Shown here piece by piece: positions 37,885-48,097 of a stretch of 64,000 nucleotides of DNA. Numbering within the stretch: position 1 is the first letter of the stretch; every line of letters starts with the position of its first letter. Below the pieces are notes generated by a model. It ran no database searches. It worked only from the letters and a program-made list of their open reading frames with translations, and was not told where the DNA came from. This DNA is from Clostridiales bacterium. GTDB taxonomy: Bacteria > Bacillota > Clostridia > TANB77 > CAG-508. The stretch spans positions 64,032 through 128,031 of the forward strand of contig DQFO01000014.1 in the NCBI GenBank assembly GCA_003525075.1. The letters are read 5' to 3'. The position numbers and the translations under genes were made by a program.

Positions 37885-38412
37885 TTATTTTCCATTTACT
37901 TTTATCATTCCAGTACTACTTGCTGCTATTGTATATTGACCTGCATTTGTAAAGCTTAAAAGAGAACCTTTTAATGTTTGTGCTTGTGTTGTATTTGTAT
38001 TTTTTACATTTACTACAATTCTATCTCCTTCTTTTAAACTTATCTCACCAGTTGTTGAACTTTCTAATTGTTCTAATACTTGTGTTGTATATTCTGAATA
38101 ATAAACATTTTCACCAATTTTGGTATAATTTGCTTGTGTTGTTTTCTTCCCAGGGTTTTCATCTAAATGTTGTACTTCCATTTCAACATTATATGTATTT
38201 CCTGTTGCTGCTAGAGAATTTTCTAATGATTGGTATTTTGCTTGTGATATTATTCCTGTATTTTGTACATCTGTTACAAATTCATTTACTAATAATTCTA
38301 CATTTTCTTGAACCACATTATCATTTCTTTCTGTTAATGAAACTAGTGGTGCTACGAATAGTAATGTTGCTGCTAAACATATTGCTATTACTGTTGTTGT
38401 TGTATTTTGCAT
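37885..38412 (-). CDS. secreted or membrane-anchored hypothetical protein
   Basis: 175 aa with an N-terminal signal/anchor (VIAICLAATLLFVAPLV). The remainder is T/Q/N-rich. Confidence 0.45.
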   Translation of the reverse strand: MQNTTTTVIAICLAATLLFVAPLVSLTERNDNVVQENVELLVNEFVTDVQNTGIISQAKYQSLENSLAATGNTYNVEMEVQHLDENPGKKTTQANYTKIGENVYYSEYTTQVLEQLESSTTGEISLKEGDRIVVNVKNTNTTQAQTLKGSLLSFTNAGQYTIAASSTGMIKVNGK

Positions 38413-38443
38413 AAAATCACATCCTTTCTTATTTTATTAAACA

Positions 38444-40408
38444 TTATTTTTCATTTTTTGTCAAATTTTGATCATATTTTTCTAATATATAATCTAAACT
38501 TTTTGCAAATTCTTCTAGCATAACAATTTTTATTGATGCTGTTTTGTCTTTTATATATTCTCTTATAACTTCTCTTAATTTTATTAAGTTATCTTTTTCT
38601 TCAAGTAATAATTCTGAATATAATTCAGCTCTTTTTATCATCTTGTCTTTTATAGTAACTAAGTCTTCATTACTAGAATACATTAATCGTTGTAAAACAT
38701 TTCTTGGCTCATAATATCTAAAGATTGGTATTTCCATACATTCTTTATCAAATCTATCATAGAATTGTTCCATTTTCATAGGAATACATTTGAATATTTC
38801 TTCTGCCTTTTTTCCAAAGGCTTTTTCTTTTAAACTTTCATTTATTTCATAAAATTTATTTAGTATTTTTTGCATATCTTTTTGATTTTGAACTAATGCA
38901 AATTCAGTAAATTCATCTTTTTTTATTTCATAGTATTCTGATTTTTGAGCAACTAAATCCATACTATCTTCAAATATCTTTTTTATTGTTTCAGATTCAT
39001 ATGGGATTAATTTTTTACTTGAAAAATAACTAAAATATGAATATAGTTTTACTAATTCAATTAATTCTACTTTTCCAGATTTTATTTCTTTTATTATATC
39101 ATTTATTACTTTCAAAAATTCCTCATCAGGTATTTTCCAATATTCTTCTGTTAATAATCTTTTATATGCAGGAACATTTCTATTTTCTCCTGTATTTTGT
39201 ATTTCTGCCATGTCATTTTTTAATAGTTTCATATCAAAGATTCTTGTTCTCACATAATATTCAATAAATTTAAAAAATCTATATTCTGCTTTAAAATTAT
39301 AATAATAATTATTATCAAATTCTTTAATATAAAATTGTCTATTATCCATTAATACTCTTGATGATACTAATATTGCTTTATATTCTTCATTATTTTTTAT
39401 ATCTATAAATTTATCTTTAGTTACTTTTCCTGCTTTTATCTCAAAGGATATTGCTATAGTAAATATTAGCATTGTTTGAATTACTCTATTACTAATATCA
39501 GGATATTTTTGTGTTACAACTTGATATATTTTTTGAAAATCTTTTAATGCATGTTTTAAAATTCTTAAGTTTCTAGTTCCACTTTTTTTAAATGTTGAAA
39601 TTATAAGGTTTATATTTGTTCTATAAAATCTTTCTAAATCAGGATCATCTTCATATCTAATTAATATTCCATTTATTATATAATCAAATTTTGGAGCATA
39701 TTCAAATGTTTCGCCTATAAGTTTTTCTTTTATTCTTTCATAATCATTTGCTTTATCAAATACATTTTCTATTTGGTCTTTTATTTTTTCGACCATAGGC
39801 TTATTATTATCTTGTAACTCACCTTCTTTATCAAGTATATATGTAGCTATAAATGTTTTCATTTCCAAATTGCTACTTTTTATTTTTGTTGATAATTCTT
39901 TTTCATTACATATTATTATTGTTTTTATATGATCATGCTCAACAAAATTATTTATATATCCTAAAATGTCTATAACATCTACATTTGCTCTTTCTAGGTC
40001 ATCGAAACATAATACTTTATCATCTGTAGAGAAAAATTCTTCATAATCTATTTTTCCTTCATTTGCTGATACTCCAAATAGATTTGCCATATCTAACCCT
40101 GTTTTAGCATATTCTGGTATTGTCATTTCTTCATGTTGATTCATATATTTTTTTAAGTTTTTGTCCATAAGTTGTGTTGTTTCTATAAAAATCTTTTTAC
40201 TTATATCTTCAAGATTAGAAATTCCATATAATGACATATATATTGTTTTATATTGTTTTCCATTAAATTTCATGGAATCTATTTTCTTTCTAATTTTGTT
40301 ATTCCAAAAATGTGTTTTTCCTGAGCCCCATTCTCCATTAATCATTATTGCATAATCTGTATAATCTGCTCTTACATAATCTAATATACTTTCAACTAAG
40401 TCTTCCAT
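38444..40408 (-). CDS. KAP-family P-loop NTPase
   Basis: 654 aa. AIMINGEWGSGKTHFW is the GxWGxGKT Walker A diagnostic of KAP NTPases. Walker B is VLCFDDLERA. The C-terminal region is long and helical. Confidence 0.75.
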   Translation of the reverse strand: MEDLVESILDYVRADYTDYAIMINGEWGSGKTHFWNNKIRKKIDSMKFNGKQYKTIYMSLYGISNLEDISKKIFIETTQLMDKNLKKYMNQHEEMTIPEYAKTGLDMANLFGVSANEGKIDYEEFFSTDDKVLCFDDLERANVDVIDILGYINNFVEHDHIKTIIICNEKELSTKIKSSNLEMKTFIATYILDKEGELQDNNKPMVEKIKDQIENVFDKANDYERIKEKLIGETFEYAPKFDYIINGILIRYEDDPDLERFYRTNINLIISTFKKSGTRNLRILKHALKDFQKIYQVVTQKYPDISNRVIQTMLIFTIAISFEIKAGKVTKDKFIDIKNNEEYKAILVSSRVLMDNRQFYIKEFDNNYYYNFKAEYRFFKFIEYYVRTRIFDMKLLKNDMAEIQNTGENRNVPAYKRLLTEEYWKIPDEEFLKVINDIIKEIKSGKVELIELVKLYSYFSYFSSKKLIPYESETIKKIFEDSMDLVAQKSEYYEIKKDEFTEFALVQNQKDMQKILNKFYEINESLKEKAFGKKAEEIFKCIPMKMEQFYDRFDKECMEIPIFRYYEPRNVLQRLMYSSNEDLVTIKDKMIKRAELYSELLLEEKDNLIKLREVIREYIKDKTASIKIVMLEEFAKSLDYILEKYDQNLTKNEK

Positions 40409-40451
40409 AAATCTATAGCAAATGCTTTTATTAGCATTTTCTCCTTTCTAT

Positions 40452-41063
40452 TTAATCTTTTGCAAGAGTTAGTACACCTATGTTTTCTTTTTTTATTCCA
40501 TTTTTTCTTAAGAGATTTGAACATTCATTTAATGTACTTCCAGTTGTATAAATGTCATCTATTATAAGAATTTTATTGTTCATTATTTTTTCTATATTTT
40601 TTATCTTAAATGCTCCTTTTATATTTTCTTTTCTTTCTTTTTTATTTAGTGTACTTTGCGGTACAATATTTTTAGTTTTATATAATATTCTACTTTCTAT
40701 TTTTATTTGTAAAATACTTGAAATTATTTCTGCTATTAATTGACTTTGGTTATAGCCTCTTTGTAGCCTTCTTTTCCAACTTAATGGTACCACAATAATT
40801 ATATCATATTTTTTTAATTTTTCCAAATATTTTTTATTATTTTGTAAAAAATATTCAATTGTTTTGTAGATATATGGTTTTTTTTGAAATTTCATTTCCA
40901 AAATCATATTTCTTATTAAATCTTTGTATTGAAATAAATAATATTGTTCTAAAAAATTTTTGTCTTTAGTATGAATTTTTGTAAATTTGAATTCTTTTTG
41001 TATTTTTTTCTTACATTTATAGCAAAGTGAATTTCTACTTTCATTTTTACATATTCCACACAT
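40452..41063 (-). CDS. comFC: ComF-family protein (ComFC, phosphoribosyltransferase fold with N-terminal zinc finger)
   Basis: 203 aa. The N-terminus has CGICKNES...CYKCKKK. The C-terminal PRTase motif is ILIIDDIYTTGSTL. Confidence 0.8.
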   Translation of the reverse strand: MCGICKNESRNSLCYKCKKKIQKEFKFTKIHTKDKNFLEQYYLFQYKDLIRNMILEMKFQKKPYIYKTIEYFLQNNKKYLEKLKKYDIIIVVPLSWKRRLQRGYNQSQLIAEIISSILQIKIESRILYKTKNIVPQSTLNKKERKENIKGAFKIKNIEKIMNNKILIIDDIYTTGSTLNECSNLLRKNGIKKENIGVLTLAKD

Positions 41064-41182
41064 TTGCGGATAAAAAATGTCTAGTATTTTTTGAATTTTT
41101 TTATTATTGATTATATCTTTATTTCATCTCTCCTTCATAAAACAATAAAAAGAGCTTATCTTTAATAAGCCCCTCTATTTTA

Positions 41183-43054
41183 TTATACTTCCATGATTAT
41201 TGGTATAATCATTGGATTTCTTTTTGTTTTTATAAATAAGTAATCTCTTAGGTTTTCTTTAATTGTTGATTTTATTGTTGTCCAATCACGTATTCCTCTT
41301 TCTTCGCATTTTGCCACTTCATGTCTTACAACACTTTTTACATCATCCATTAAATTTTCTGATTCTCTTACATATACGAATCCTCTTGAAATTACATCTG
41401 GACCAGCTACAACTTCCCCTGTTTGTGAATCCATTGTTAATACTATTACTATTAGTCCATCTTGTGCTAAATGTTGTCTATCTCTTAATACAATATTTCC
41501 AACATCTCCAACACCTAATCCGTCAACCAATACTCTTCCACTTGGTACACTTCCATTAAATTTGCATTCATCTTCATTCATTTCTAATACTCTACCATTT
41601 GTAAGCATAAAAATGTTTGATTCACTTATTCCCATTAATTTCGCTGTATCTGCATGTGCTCTTAATTGTCTATATTCACCATGTACTGGTATAAAATATT
41701 TTGGTTTTGCTAATGCCATTATTAATTTTTGTTCTTCTTGGCATGCATGTCCTGAAACATGTACATTTGCTAATGCACTATATACAACTTCTGCACCTAA
41801 TTGCATTAAATCATCTATTACTTTTGATACATATTTTTCATTTCCTGGAATTGGTGTTGCTGATATTATTATTAAATCATTTGGTGTTATTGTTATTTTT
41901 CTATGATCACCTGCTGCCATTCTTGTTAATGCTGACATTGGTTCTCCTTGACTTCCTGTTGTTATAATAACTAATTGTTCATCTGTATATGTTCCTATCA
42001 TATCAATATCAATAAATATGTTGTCTGGACATTTGATATATCCTAATTCTATTGATGTATTTATAATATTTATCATACTTCTTCCACATACAGCTATTTT
42101 TCTGTTATATTTAATAGCCGAATTTACTATTTGTTGTATTCTGTGTACATTTGACGCAAATGTTGCTACAACTATTCTTTTTGAACAATTTTGAAATACT
42201 GTATCAAATAGTTCTCCTACAGAACTTTCTGACATTGTAAAGCCTTTTCTTTCTGCATTTGTACTATCTGACATTAATGCTAATATTCCTTTATTTCCTA
42301 ATTCTGCAATTCTTCCAAAATCCATAAGTTGTCCATCTATTGGTGTGTAATCTACTTTAAAGTCTCCTGTATGTAATATTGTTCCTGCTGGTGTTGTAAT
42401 TGCTAACATTACAGAATCTGGTATGCTGTGTGAACTTCTTATAAATTCTACTTTAAAGTTCTTTCCTAATTGAATTGTTTCACCTTGTGTTACTATATGC
42501 ATTTCTGTACTTCTTAATAATTTATGTTCTTCTAATTTATTGCTTATTAGTCCTGCTGCTAATCTTGTTGCATATATTGGTGTATTTATTTGTTTTAAGA
42601 AATATGGTATTCCTCCTATATGATCTTCATGACCATGTGTTATAACCATTCCTTTTAATTTTTCTTGATTTTTTACTAAATATGTTATATCTGGAATTAC
42701 TAAGTCAACTCCTAACATATCATCTTCTGGAAATGATAAACCACAATCTACAACAATCATTTCATCTTCATATTCAAATACTGTAATATTTTTTCCGATT
42801 TCATGTAATCCTCCTAATGGGATTATTTTTAAACTTGATTTTTTGAATACCTCTTTTGCAATGCTTGTTTCTACTACTTCTCCATCTTTTACTTCTTGCA
42901 TTATTTTTGGTGTTCTTGTTTTATAATTTCTCTTTGTTTTTGTTCCTTCTTCTTGTTTATAATTTTCTTTTTTATGATAATTTCTTCTTGTCTTTCTTAC
43001 TTTTTCTGCAACAGTACTTGCTGTTTCTTCCAATATATTTTTTTCTTCTGACAT
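41183..43054 (-). CDS. rnj: ribonuclease J (beta-CASP metallo-beta-lactamase RNase) with a roughly 70-aa basic N-terminal extension
   Basis: KIIPLGGLHEIGKN is the RNase J N-terminal signature, with HGHEDHIGG and the beta-CASP and C-terminal domains. Residues 1-70 are K/R/E-rich and absent from typical RNase J proteins. Confidence 0.85.
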   Translation of the reverse strand: MSEEKNILEETASTVAEKVRKTRRNYHKKENYKQEEGTKTKRNYKTRTPKIMQEVKDGEVVETSIAKEVFKKSSLKIIPLGGLHEIGKNITVFEYEDEMIVVDCGLSFPEDDMLGVDLVIPDITYLVKNQEKLKGMVITHGHEDHIGGIPYFLKQINTPIYATRLAAGLISNKLEEHKLLRSTEMHIVTQGETIQLGKNFKVEFIRSSHSIPDSVMLAITTPAGTILHTGDFKVDYTPIDGQLMDFGRIAELGNKGILALMSDSTNAERKGFTMSESSVGELFDTVFQNCSKRIVVATFASNVHRIQQIVNSAIKYNRKIAVCGRSMINIINTSIELGYIKCPDNIFIDIDMIGTYTDEQLVIITTGSQGEPMSALTRMAAGDHRKITITPNDLIIISATPIPGNEKYVSKVIDDLMQLGAEVVYSALANVHVSGHACQEEQKLIMALAKPKYFIPVHGEYRQLRAHADTAKLMGISESNIFMLTNGRVLEMNEDECKFNGSVPSGRVLVDGLGVGDVGNIVLRDRQHLAQDGLIVIVLTMDSQTGEVVAGPDVISRGFVYVRESENLMDDVKSVVRHEVAKCEERGIRDWTTIKSTIKENLRDYLFIKTKRNPMIIPIIMEV

Positions 43055-43331
43055 TTATTTATCTATTCTCCTTTCTCTTTTAATTTTATCTGTATCAAAT
43101 AGAACAAATAAGAAAAATTTAAAATTTTTCTTTGATTTGTTCTTGAATATTTTTTATTTAATTATCTCTCATAATTATTTACTACTTTTATCATTTCATA
43201 CGATAAAATCAAATCAATCTCTTGACAACACATTTGATATTTTAGCATATTTTTATATAATTGTCAATTGTATAAATTCCATTTTCTTGTAAATAATAGC
43301 ATTATAATATTTTTTACAAGAAAGGATCATT

Positions 43332-44426
43332 ATGGAAAATACTAAAATTGGAAATAAAGAAGCAATTGCCCTTTTAACAACAATCTCATTTAATCAAATA
43401 ATTATATTTGGAGTAAAATCTATAATAAACAATACTTCATCTGCTTCTTTACTTAATCTACTATATTTAAGTATTATTATATTAATTTTCACAATTTTAA
43501 TATGTTATTTATTAAATAAATTTCCATCATTTGATTTACTTGATATATCTGATTATCTTGGTGGAAAAATATTAAAATGGATTATTGGAATTTTATTTTT
43601 TATATATTTTATTATTTTTGCAGGGAATTCACTTCATCTGTTTTCTTCATGTTTAGAAATAATATATTTTCCTTTAACTCTACTGATTTTTATAAGATCA
43701 TTTTTAATAATAGGTGCTACTATTACTTGCTTATTCAAAAATAATGCGTTATATAGAAGCAATTTTATTGTTTTTCCTTTAATTATAATTACTACTATTT
43801 TTATGTTTTTCTCTGATATGAAATATTTTAACATTGAAAATGTATACCCTATATTTGGAGATAGTCTCTTTTACACTTTTATTGTTGGATTAAATAATAT
43901 GATTGTATTTCAAAGTTTAGCATATATTTTTTTCTTGCCACCATTATTAAAAAATACTCAAAACATAAAAAAAATTGCAATAACATCTATTGTAATATCT
44001 TGTATTTTAAACTTATTATGTGTTGCAACAGTTCTTTTTACATTTGATGGTTTTACAGAAATAGATGAATTACTACCTTTATATTCAGCAGTAAAGCATA
44101 TAGAATATGGTGAATTTTTTAGAAAAATGGATTCTATATTTTTTCTAATTTGGATTATTAGTTTTGTAAGTTACTTAAGTTTAACACTAAAATTTTCAGC
44201 AAATATTTTAAAAAAATTAACATATTCAAAATCCAACTTTTTCTTTATATTTATTTCTGCATTTCTATTATTTATAACATCTGGATGGCAGAAAAATTAT
44301 AATACATCTTTGATGTTTACTGAAAATTTTTTAAGTTATTTCTTTTTTATATTAGTATTCGTAATTGCTATTTTAGTTTTACTATTAGCATTTATAAAAA
44401 AGAAAATTAAAAGGTGGTCAAAATGA
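43332..44426 (+). CDS. spore germination protein, GerAB/GerKB-type (APC-superfamily permease subunit of a germinant receptor)
   Basis: 364 aa with about 10 TM helices and the Spore_permease-like layout. It is followed, with overlap, by a Ger(x)C lipoprotein gene. Confidence 0.75.
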   Translation: MENTKIGNKEAIALLTTISFNQIIIFGVKSIINNTSSASLLNLLYLSIIILIFTILICYLLNKFPSFDLLDISDYLGGKILKWIIGILFFIYFIIFAGNSLHLFSSCLEIIYFPLTLLIFIRSFLIIGATITCLFKNNALYRSNFIVFPLIIITTIFMFFSDMKYFNIENVYPIFGDSLFYTFIVGLNNMIVFQSLAYIFFLPPLLKNTQNIKKIAITSIVISCILNLLCVATVLFTFDGFTEIDELLPLYSAVKHIEYGEFFRKMDSIFFLIWIISFVSYLSLTLKFSANILKKLTYSKSNFFFIFISAFLLFITSGWQKNYNTSLMFTENFLSYFFFILVFVIAILVLLLAFIKKKIKRWSK

Positions 44427-45802
44427 AGAAAAAATTTATAATTATTTTAATATTATTTGTTGTCTTTATTACATTTATTGCAGGATTTTCCAATTCATAC
44501 ATCTCTCGTCGTATAGAACATCTTGCATATGTTCTTGTGCTTGGAATTGATAAAGGTGAAAAAGCAAGATTAAAAATTTCTATTCAATTTATAAATGTTT
44601 CTTCTTCATCAAGTGGTGCATCTTCTGATTCTTCGCAAATTGTATTAACATCTTGCGAAGCTAATTCTATGTTTAGTGGATTAAACCTTTTAAATAGTTA
44701 TATAGGTAAAGAAATTAATCTTGCACATTGTAGTGTTGTCGTTTTTTCAGAAGAAATTGCCAAAGAAGGAATTTCATCAGAGATATATAGTTTAATAAAT
44801 AATGAAGAAATTCGTTCTTCTGCTAATATTGTTGTTGCAAATTGTAAAGCATATGATTATATTAATAATAGTAAACCTAATTTAGAAAATCTAACAAGTA
44901 AATATTTCGATACATTTGATATTACAAGTAAACTAACTGGATATTTTTCAAATATAACACTTGGTGATTTTTTTAATAATCTATCTGAAAGCAATTCAGA
45001 CCCAATAGCAGTTTTAGGCGGATTAAATTCAACAGCACGTTCTGAAGAAGATAAATCATCTTCAAATTCTTCTGAAGAAAGTTCTTCATCTTCAAATTCT
45101 TCTGAAGAAAGTTCTTCATCTTCAAATAGTGGCAATTCAGACAATATAAATGGTGAAACCTCAAATTCTAATTCATCATCACAAGATATTGAAGATCAAG
45201 AGAAACAAGAAATTGAAACTACTCAAAATAATTTAGTTGCTGGAAAAAGTTCAATTGTTGGTGGAAGAGGTACAGAAAACCTTGGTCTTGCTATTTTTTC
45301 TGGTGATAAATATATTGGAGAATTAACTGTTTGGGAATCAATTTGTCATTCTCTTATCACAAATTCTATTGATACCTGTATAATATCTGTTGAAGATCCT
45401 TTAGTTGAAAATAAACAATTAGAAATTCAACTTTCTCCTAATAAAAAATCAAAAATAACATCTAATATCGAAAATGGAGCTATAAATATAAATATTGAAC
45501 TAAATTTAATTGCTAATATAATTTCATTAAATTCAAATATAAACTATGAAGATACAGATACTATAAATAAGATATCCACAGCTACTCAAAATCGTTTAAA
45601 TGACGAATTAAATAAATATTTTGATAAAACAGCAAGAAAGTATAATGTTGATATTGATAAATATTATTTAAGTATTCTAAAATATTTTCCTTATCAAAAA
45701 AACTTTGATAATTTTAATTATAAAGAAAAATTAAAAAATGCCAACTTTAATTGTAATACACATGTGAACATCATTTCTTCATTACTTATAACCAAAACAT
45801 AA
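44414..45802 (+). CDS. germination protein Ger(x)C family (lipoprotein) with an inserted Ser-rich low-complexity region
   Basis: 462 aa. Signal/TM is followed by AYVLVLGIDKGEKARLKISIQF, a Ger(x)C N-domain signature. The insert SSNSSEESSSSSNSSEESSSSSNSGNS is encoded by a tandem DNA repeat. Confidence 0.75.
   Translation: MVKMKKKFIIILILFVVFITFIAGFSNSYISRRIEHLAYVLVLGIDKGEKARLKISIQFINVSSSSSGASSDSSQIVLTSCEANSMFSGLNLLNSYIGKEINLAHCSVVVFSEEIAKEGISSEIYSLINNEEIRSSANIVVANCKAYDYINNSKPNLENLTSKYFDTFDITSKLTGYFSNITLGDFFNNLSESNSDPIAVLGGLNSTARSEEDKSSSNSSEESSSSSNSSEESSSSSNSGNSDNINGETSNSNSSSQDIEDQEKQEIETTQNNLVAGKSSIVGGRGTENLGLAIFSGDKYIGELTVWESICHSLITNSIDTCIISVEDPLVENKQLEIQLSPNKKSKITSNIENGAININIELNLIANIISLNSNINYEDTDTINKISTATQNRLNDELNKYFDKTARKYNVDIDKYYLSILKYFPYQKNFDNFNYKEKLKNANFNCNTHVNIISSLLITKT
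45041..45132 (+). repeat. tandem direct repeat (30-nt unit x2 plus partial copies) within the gerC-like gene
   Basis: The unit ttcaaattcttctgaagaaagttcttcatc occurs at 45061-45090 and 45091-45120, with partial copies on both sides. Confidence 0.85.
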
Positions 45803-45830
45803 GTGCAAATGTATTTTAACATTTGCACTT

Positions 45831-46688
45831 TTAATTTGATTCTTTAAATCCTTTTCCTAATACTTCTCTTGCATTTGCAACTACAATAAAACATTTTTCA
45901 TCAATATTTTGAGCAATACTTTTTATTCTTGGTATATCTCCTATATTTGCTGCACATATTAATACTAATTTGTCATTTCCACTATACATTCCTTTTCCAT
46001 AAAGTCCTGTTACTCCTCTTTTTACATTTTCTTCTATCTGTTTTGAAATTTTCTCACTTTTATCTGAAATTATAAACATTATCTTAGTATAATAAACTCC
46101 TTCAAATATAGTGTCAATTAATTTTTCATATAAATATATTGCAATTGCAGAATATAATCCTATTTCAATATGTTTAAATACAAATACATTTGCAATGACA
46201 ATTATAATATCTATTATTGCTAAATATCTACTTATAGTAATATTAGGTTTATATGATTTTATTAAATTTGCAATTAATTCTGTTCCACCAGTAGATGCTC
46301 CTACTTTTAAAATTATTGCTGTTCCTATTCCAATTATTGTTCCCCCATATACTGATGCTAAAAATCTGTCTGTTGTTATTGGTTCAATTTTATCAAATAT
46401 ATCTATAAAAACTGACAAACTTGCCGTTCCTACTATAGATTTTATTAAAAACTTTTTTCCTATTCTATAATTTGAAAAAATAAACATTGGAATATTTAAT
46501 ATTAAATTCATTAATCCCATAGGAATATTAAATAAATAATATGTTATTGTTGCTATTCCAGAAAATCCTCCTGTTGATAATTGATTTGGTAATAAAAATA
46601 ATGATATTCCAAATGCCATTATCATTGCACCTATTACTGTTCCACTTCCATCTAAAATAGCTTGTTTTACTCCACTTTTCACAAACAT
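45831..46688 (-). CDS. YitT-family membrane protein (DUF161/DUF2179)
   Basis: 285 aa. The N-terminal 5-6 TM region has GGFSGIATITYY. The C-terminal DUF2179-like soluble domain has GVTGLYGKGMYSGNDKLVLIC. Confidence 0.75.
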   Translation of the reverse strand: MFVKSGVKQAILDGSGTVIGAMIMAFGISLFLLPNQLSTGGFSGIATITYYLFNIPMGLMNLILNIPMFIFSNYRIGKKFLIKSIVGTASLSVFIDIFDKIEPITTDRFLASVYGGTIIGIGTAIILKVGASTGGTELIANLIKSYKPNITISRYLAIIDIIIVIANVFVFKHIEIGLYSAIAIYLYEKLIDTIFEGVYYTKIMFIISDKSEKISKQIEENVKRGVTGLYGKGMYSGNDKLVLICAANIGDIPRIKSIAQNIDEKCFIVVANAREVLGKGFKESN

Positions 46689-46753
46689 CTCCTTTACAAA
46701 AAAAACTATATATTACAATTATTTGTAATATATAGTTTTTTATACATATTATA

Positions 46754-48097
46754 TTAGACAACCACTTTTTCACCTGTTTCAATATTATAATATTCTGTTA
46801 ATCTTTGTGGTTCAATTTTTAAGACATCTGTAAAGTTATATACATATTCTGGAATTCCGCCACCTTCATTTGCACTTCTATCATATTTTATTATTATAGG
46901 TTCAATTGTTGTCTCAAAATCATGTATTGTCATATCATAATAATTTCCCCACTCTGTTACAGATACTAAATTTTCATCAAGTGATTGTTCAAAAAATCCA
47001 TTTATTTCAATATAATAATTTAAAATATAAAAATTATTTGTATCTTGATTTGCTTTTACTTTTAAATCTGAAACTTCTCTTTCTATATCTTTTATTTTAT
47101 TTGATACTAATTGTTTTTCGAAATCACTACTATTATCCTCATCCCATAAAACTGAAATCTCTATAAAATAATTTTTCTCATTTTGATAATTTGTATAATA
47201 ATAAAAATCGTTTAATGTCCTATCTGTTAATGTATATAAATTTTTATATCCTATGTTATTTGATTTATATAATGATTCACTTGATAAATACTTATTATAA
47301 ATATTTATGTAGTCAGCCCATTCTTCAAATGAAACTGGTATATATATTTCATCATATACTATCATAATTGCTGATGGAGTACAATAAAAGTCTGTTATTT
47401 TTCCATTTTTATATTGTTCTATAAAATCTGCAACATCTTCTTCTATATTTCCATAATCATTAACTTGTAAATCTCCACTTAAATTCATCTCAGCTCTATT
47501 TGACACAAATCCATAATATGCTGATTTTCTTAATATTTCAGTTATTGGAGCATTCGTTGTAAATAAATCTTCTAACTTTATTAAATTTCCTGTATTTAGG
47601 TCATATGTAAATCCTTTTTGAACATTTATCAAATCATCACTATCATCATTTATTTTTCCCCAAGAAAATGAAGAAAAAGAAAGTATGTTACTAAAATTAG
47701 CTGTCTCATATAAACTTATTGAAGCATTTACAACTTTATCTAAATCAATGTTTTCTTTATATCCATTTAGAGCTTCAATTTCAATTTCTTTATTTATCTT
47801 ATCTTGAATTTTTTGATCTTTTAAACCATCTATCTGAAAGTATGTTATTTCAACTCTTTCTTTTGTTACTCTTTTTTCTACAATTTTTAAATCATTTTGA
47901 TTATATTTTCCTTTTAAATCAATTCCTTTTTCATTTGTTGACTCATTGGCTTTTGTTTCTTCTGTTTTGGATGTTTCTTCTGAATTATCATATTTTATAT
48001 CAATTCTTTTATACATAACTAATATTGATGTTATTATTATACAAATAACAGAAAATATAACAACAAAGATCAATTTTCCTTTAATAGTTTTGAACAT
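46754..48097 (-). CDS. membrane-anchored hypothetical protein (DUF3298/DUF4163-like extracytoplasmic domains)
   Basis: About 447 aa. The probable start is MFKTIKGK, which puts it 17 nt inside the 3' end of the upstream pstS-like gene (the two ORFs overlap). An N-terminal TM helix is followed by a large extracellular region. Confidence 0.45.
   Translation of the reverse strand: MFKTIKGKLIFVVIFSVICIIITSILVMYKRIDIKYDNSEETSKTEETKANESTNEKGIDLKGKYNQNDLKIVEKRVTKERVEITYFQIDGLKDQKIQDKINKEIEIEALNGYKENIDLDKVVNASISLYETANFSNILSFSSFSWGKINDDSDDLINVQKGFTYDLNTGNLIKLEDLFTTNAPITEILRKSAYYGFVSNRAEMNLSGDLQVNDYGNIEEDVADFIEQYKNGKITDFYCTPSAIMIVYDEIYIPVSFEEWADYINIYNKYLSSESLYKSNNIGYKNLYTLTDRTLNDFYYYTNYQNEKNYFIEISVLWDEDNSSDFEKQLVSNKIKDIEREVSDLKVKANQDTNNFYILNYYIEINGFFEQSLDENLVSVTEWGNYYDMTIHDFETTIEPIIIKYDRSANEGGGIPEYVYNFTDVLKIEPQRLTEYYNIETGEKVVV

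Noticed and set aside
43180-43331. Possible sigmaG-type promoter (CATTATA -10 at about 43296) for the germinant-receptor operon
   Set aside because: The -35 match and spacing are not convincing by eye. This needs a position-weight-matrix scan or TSS data.
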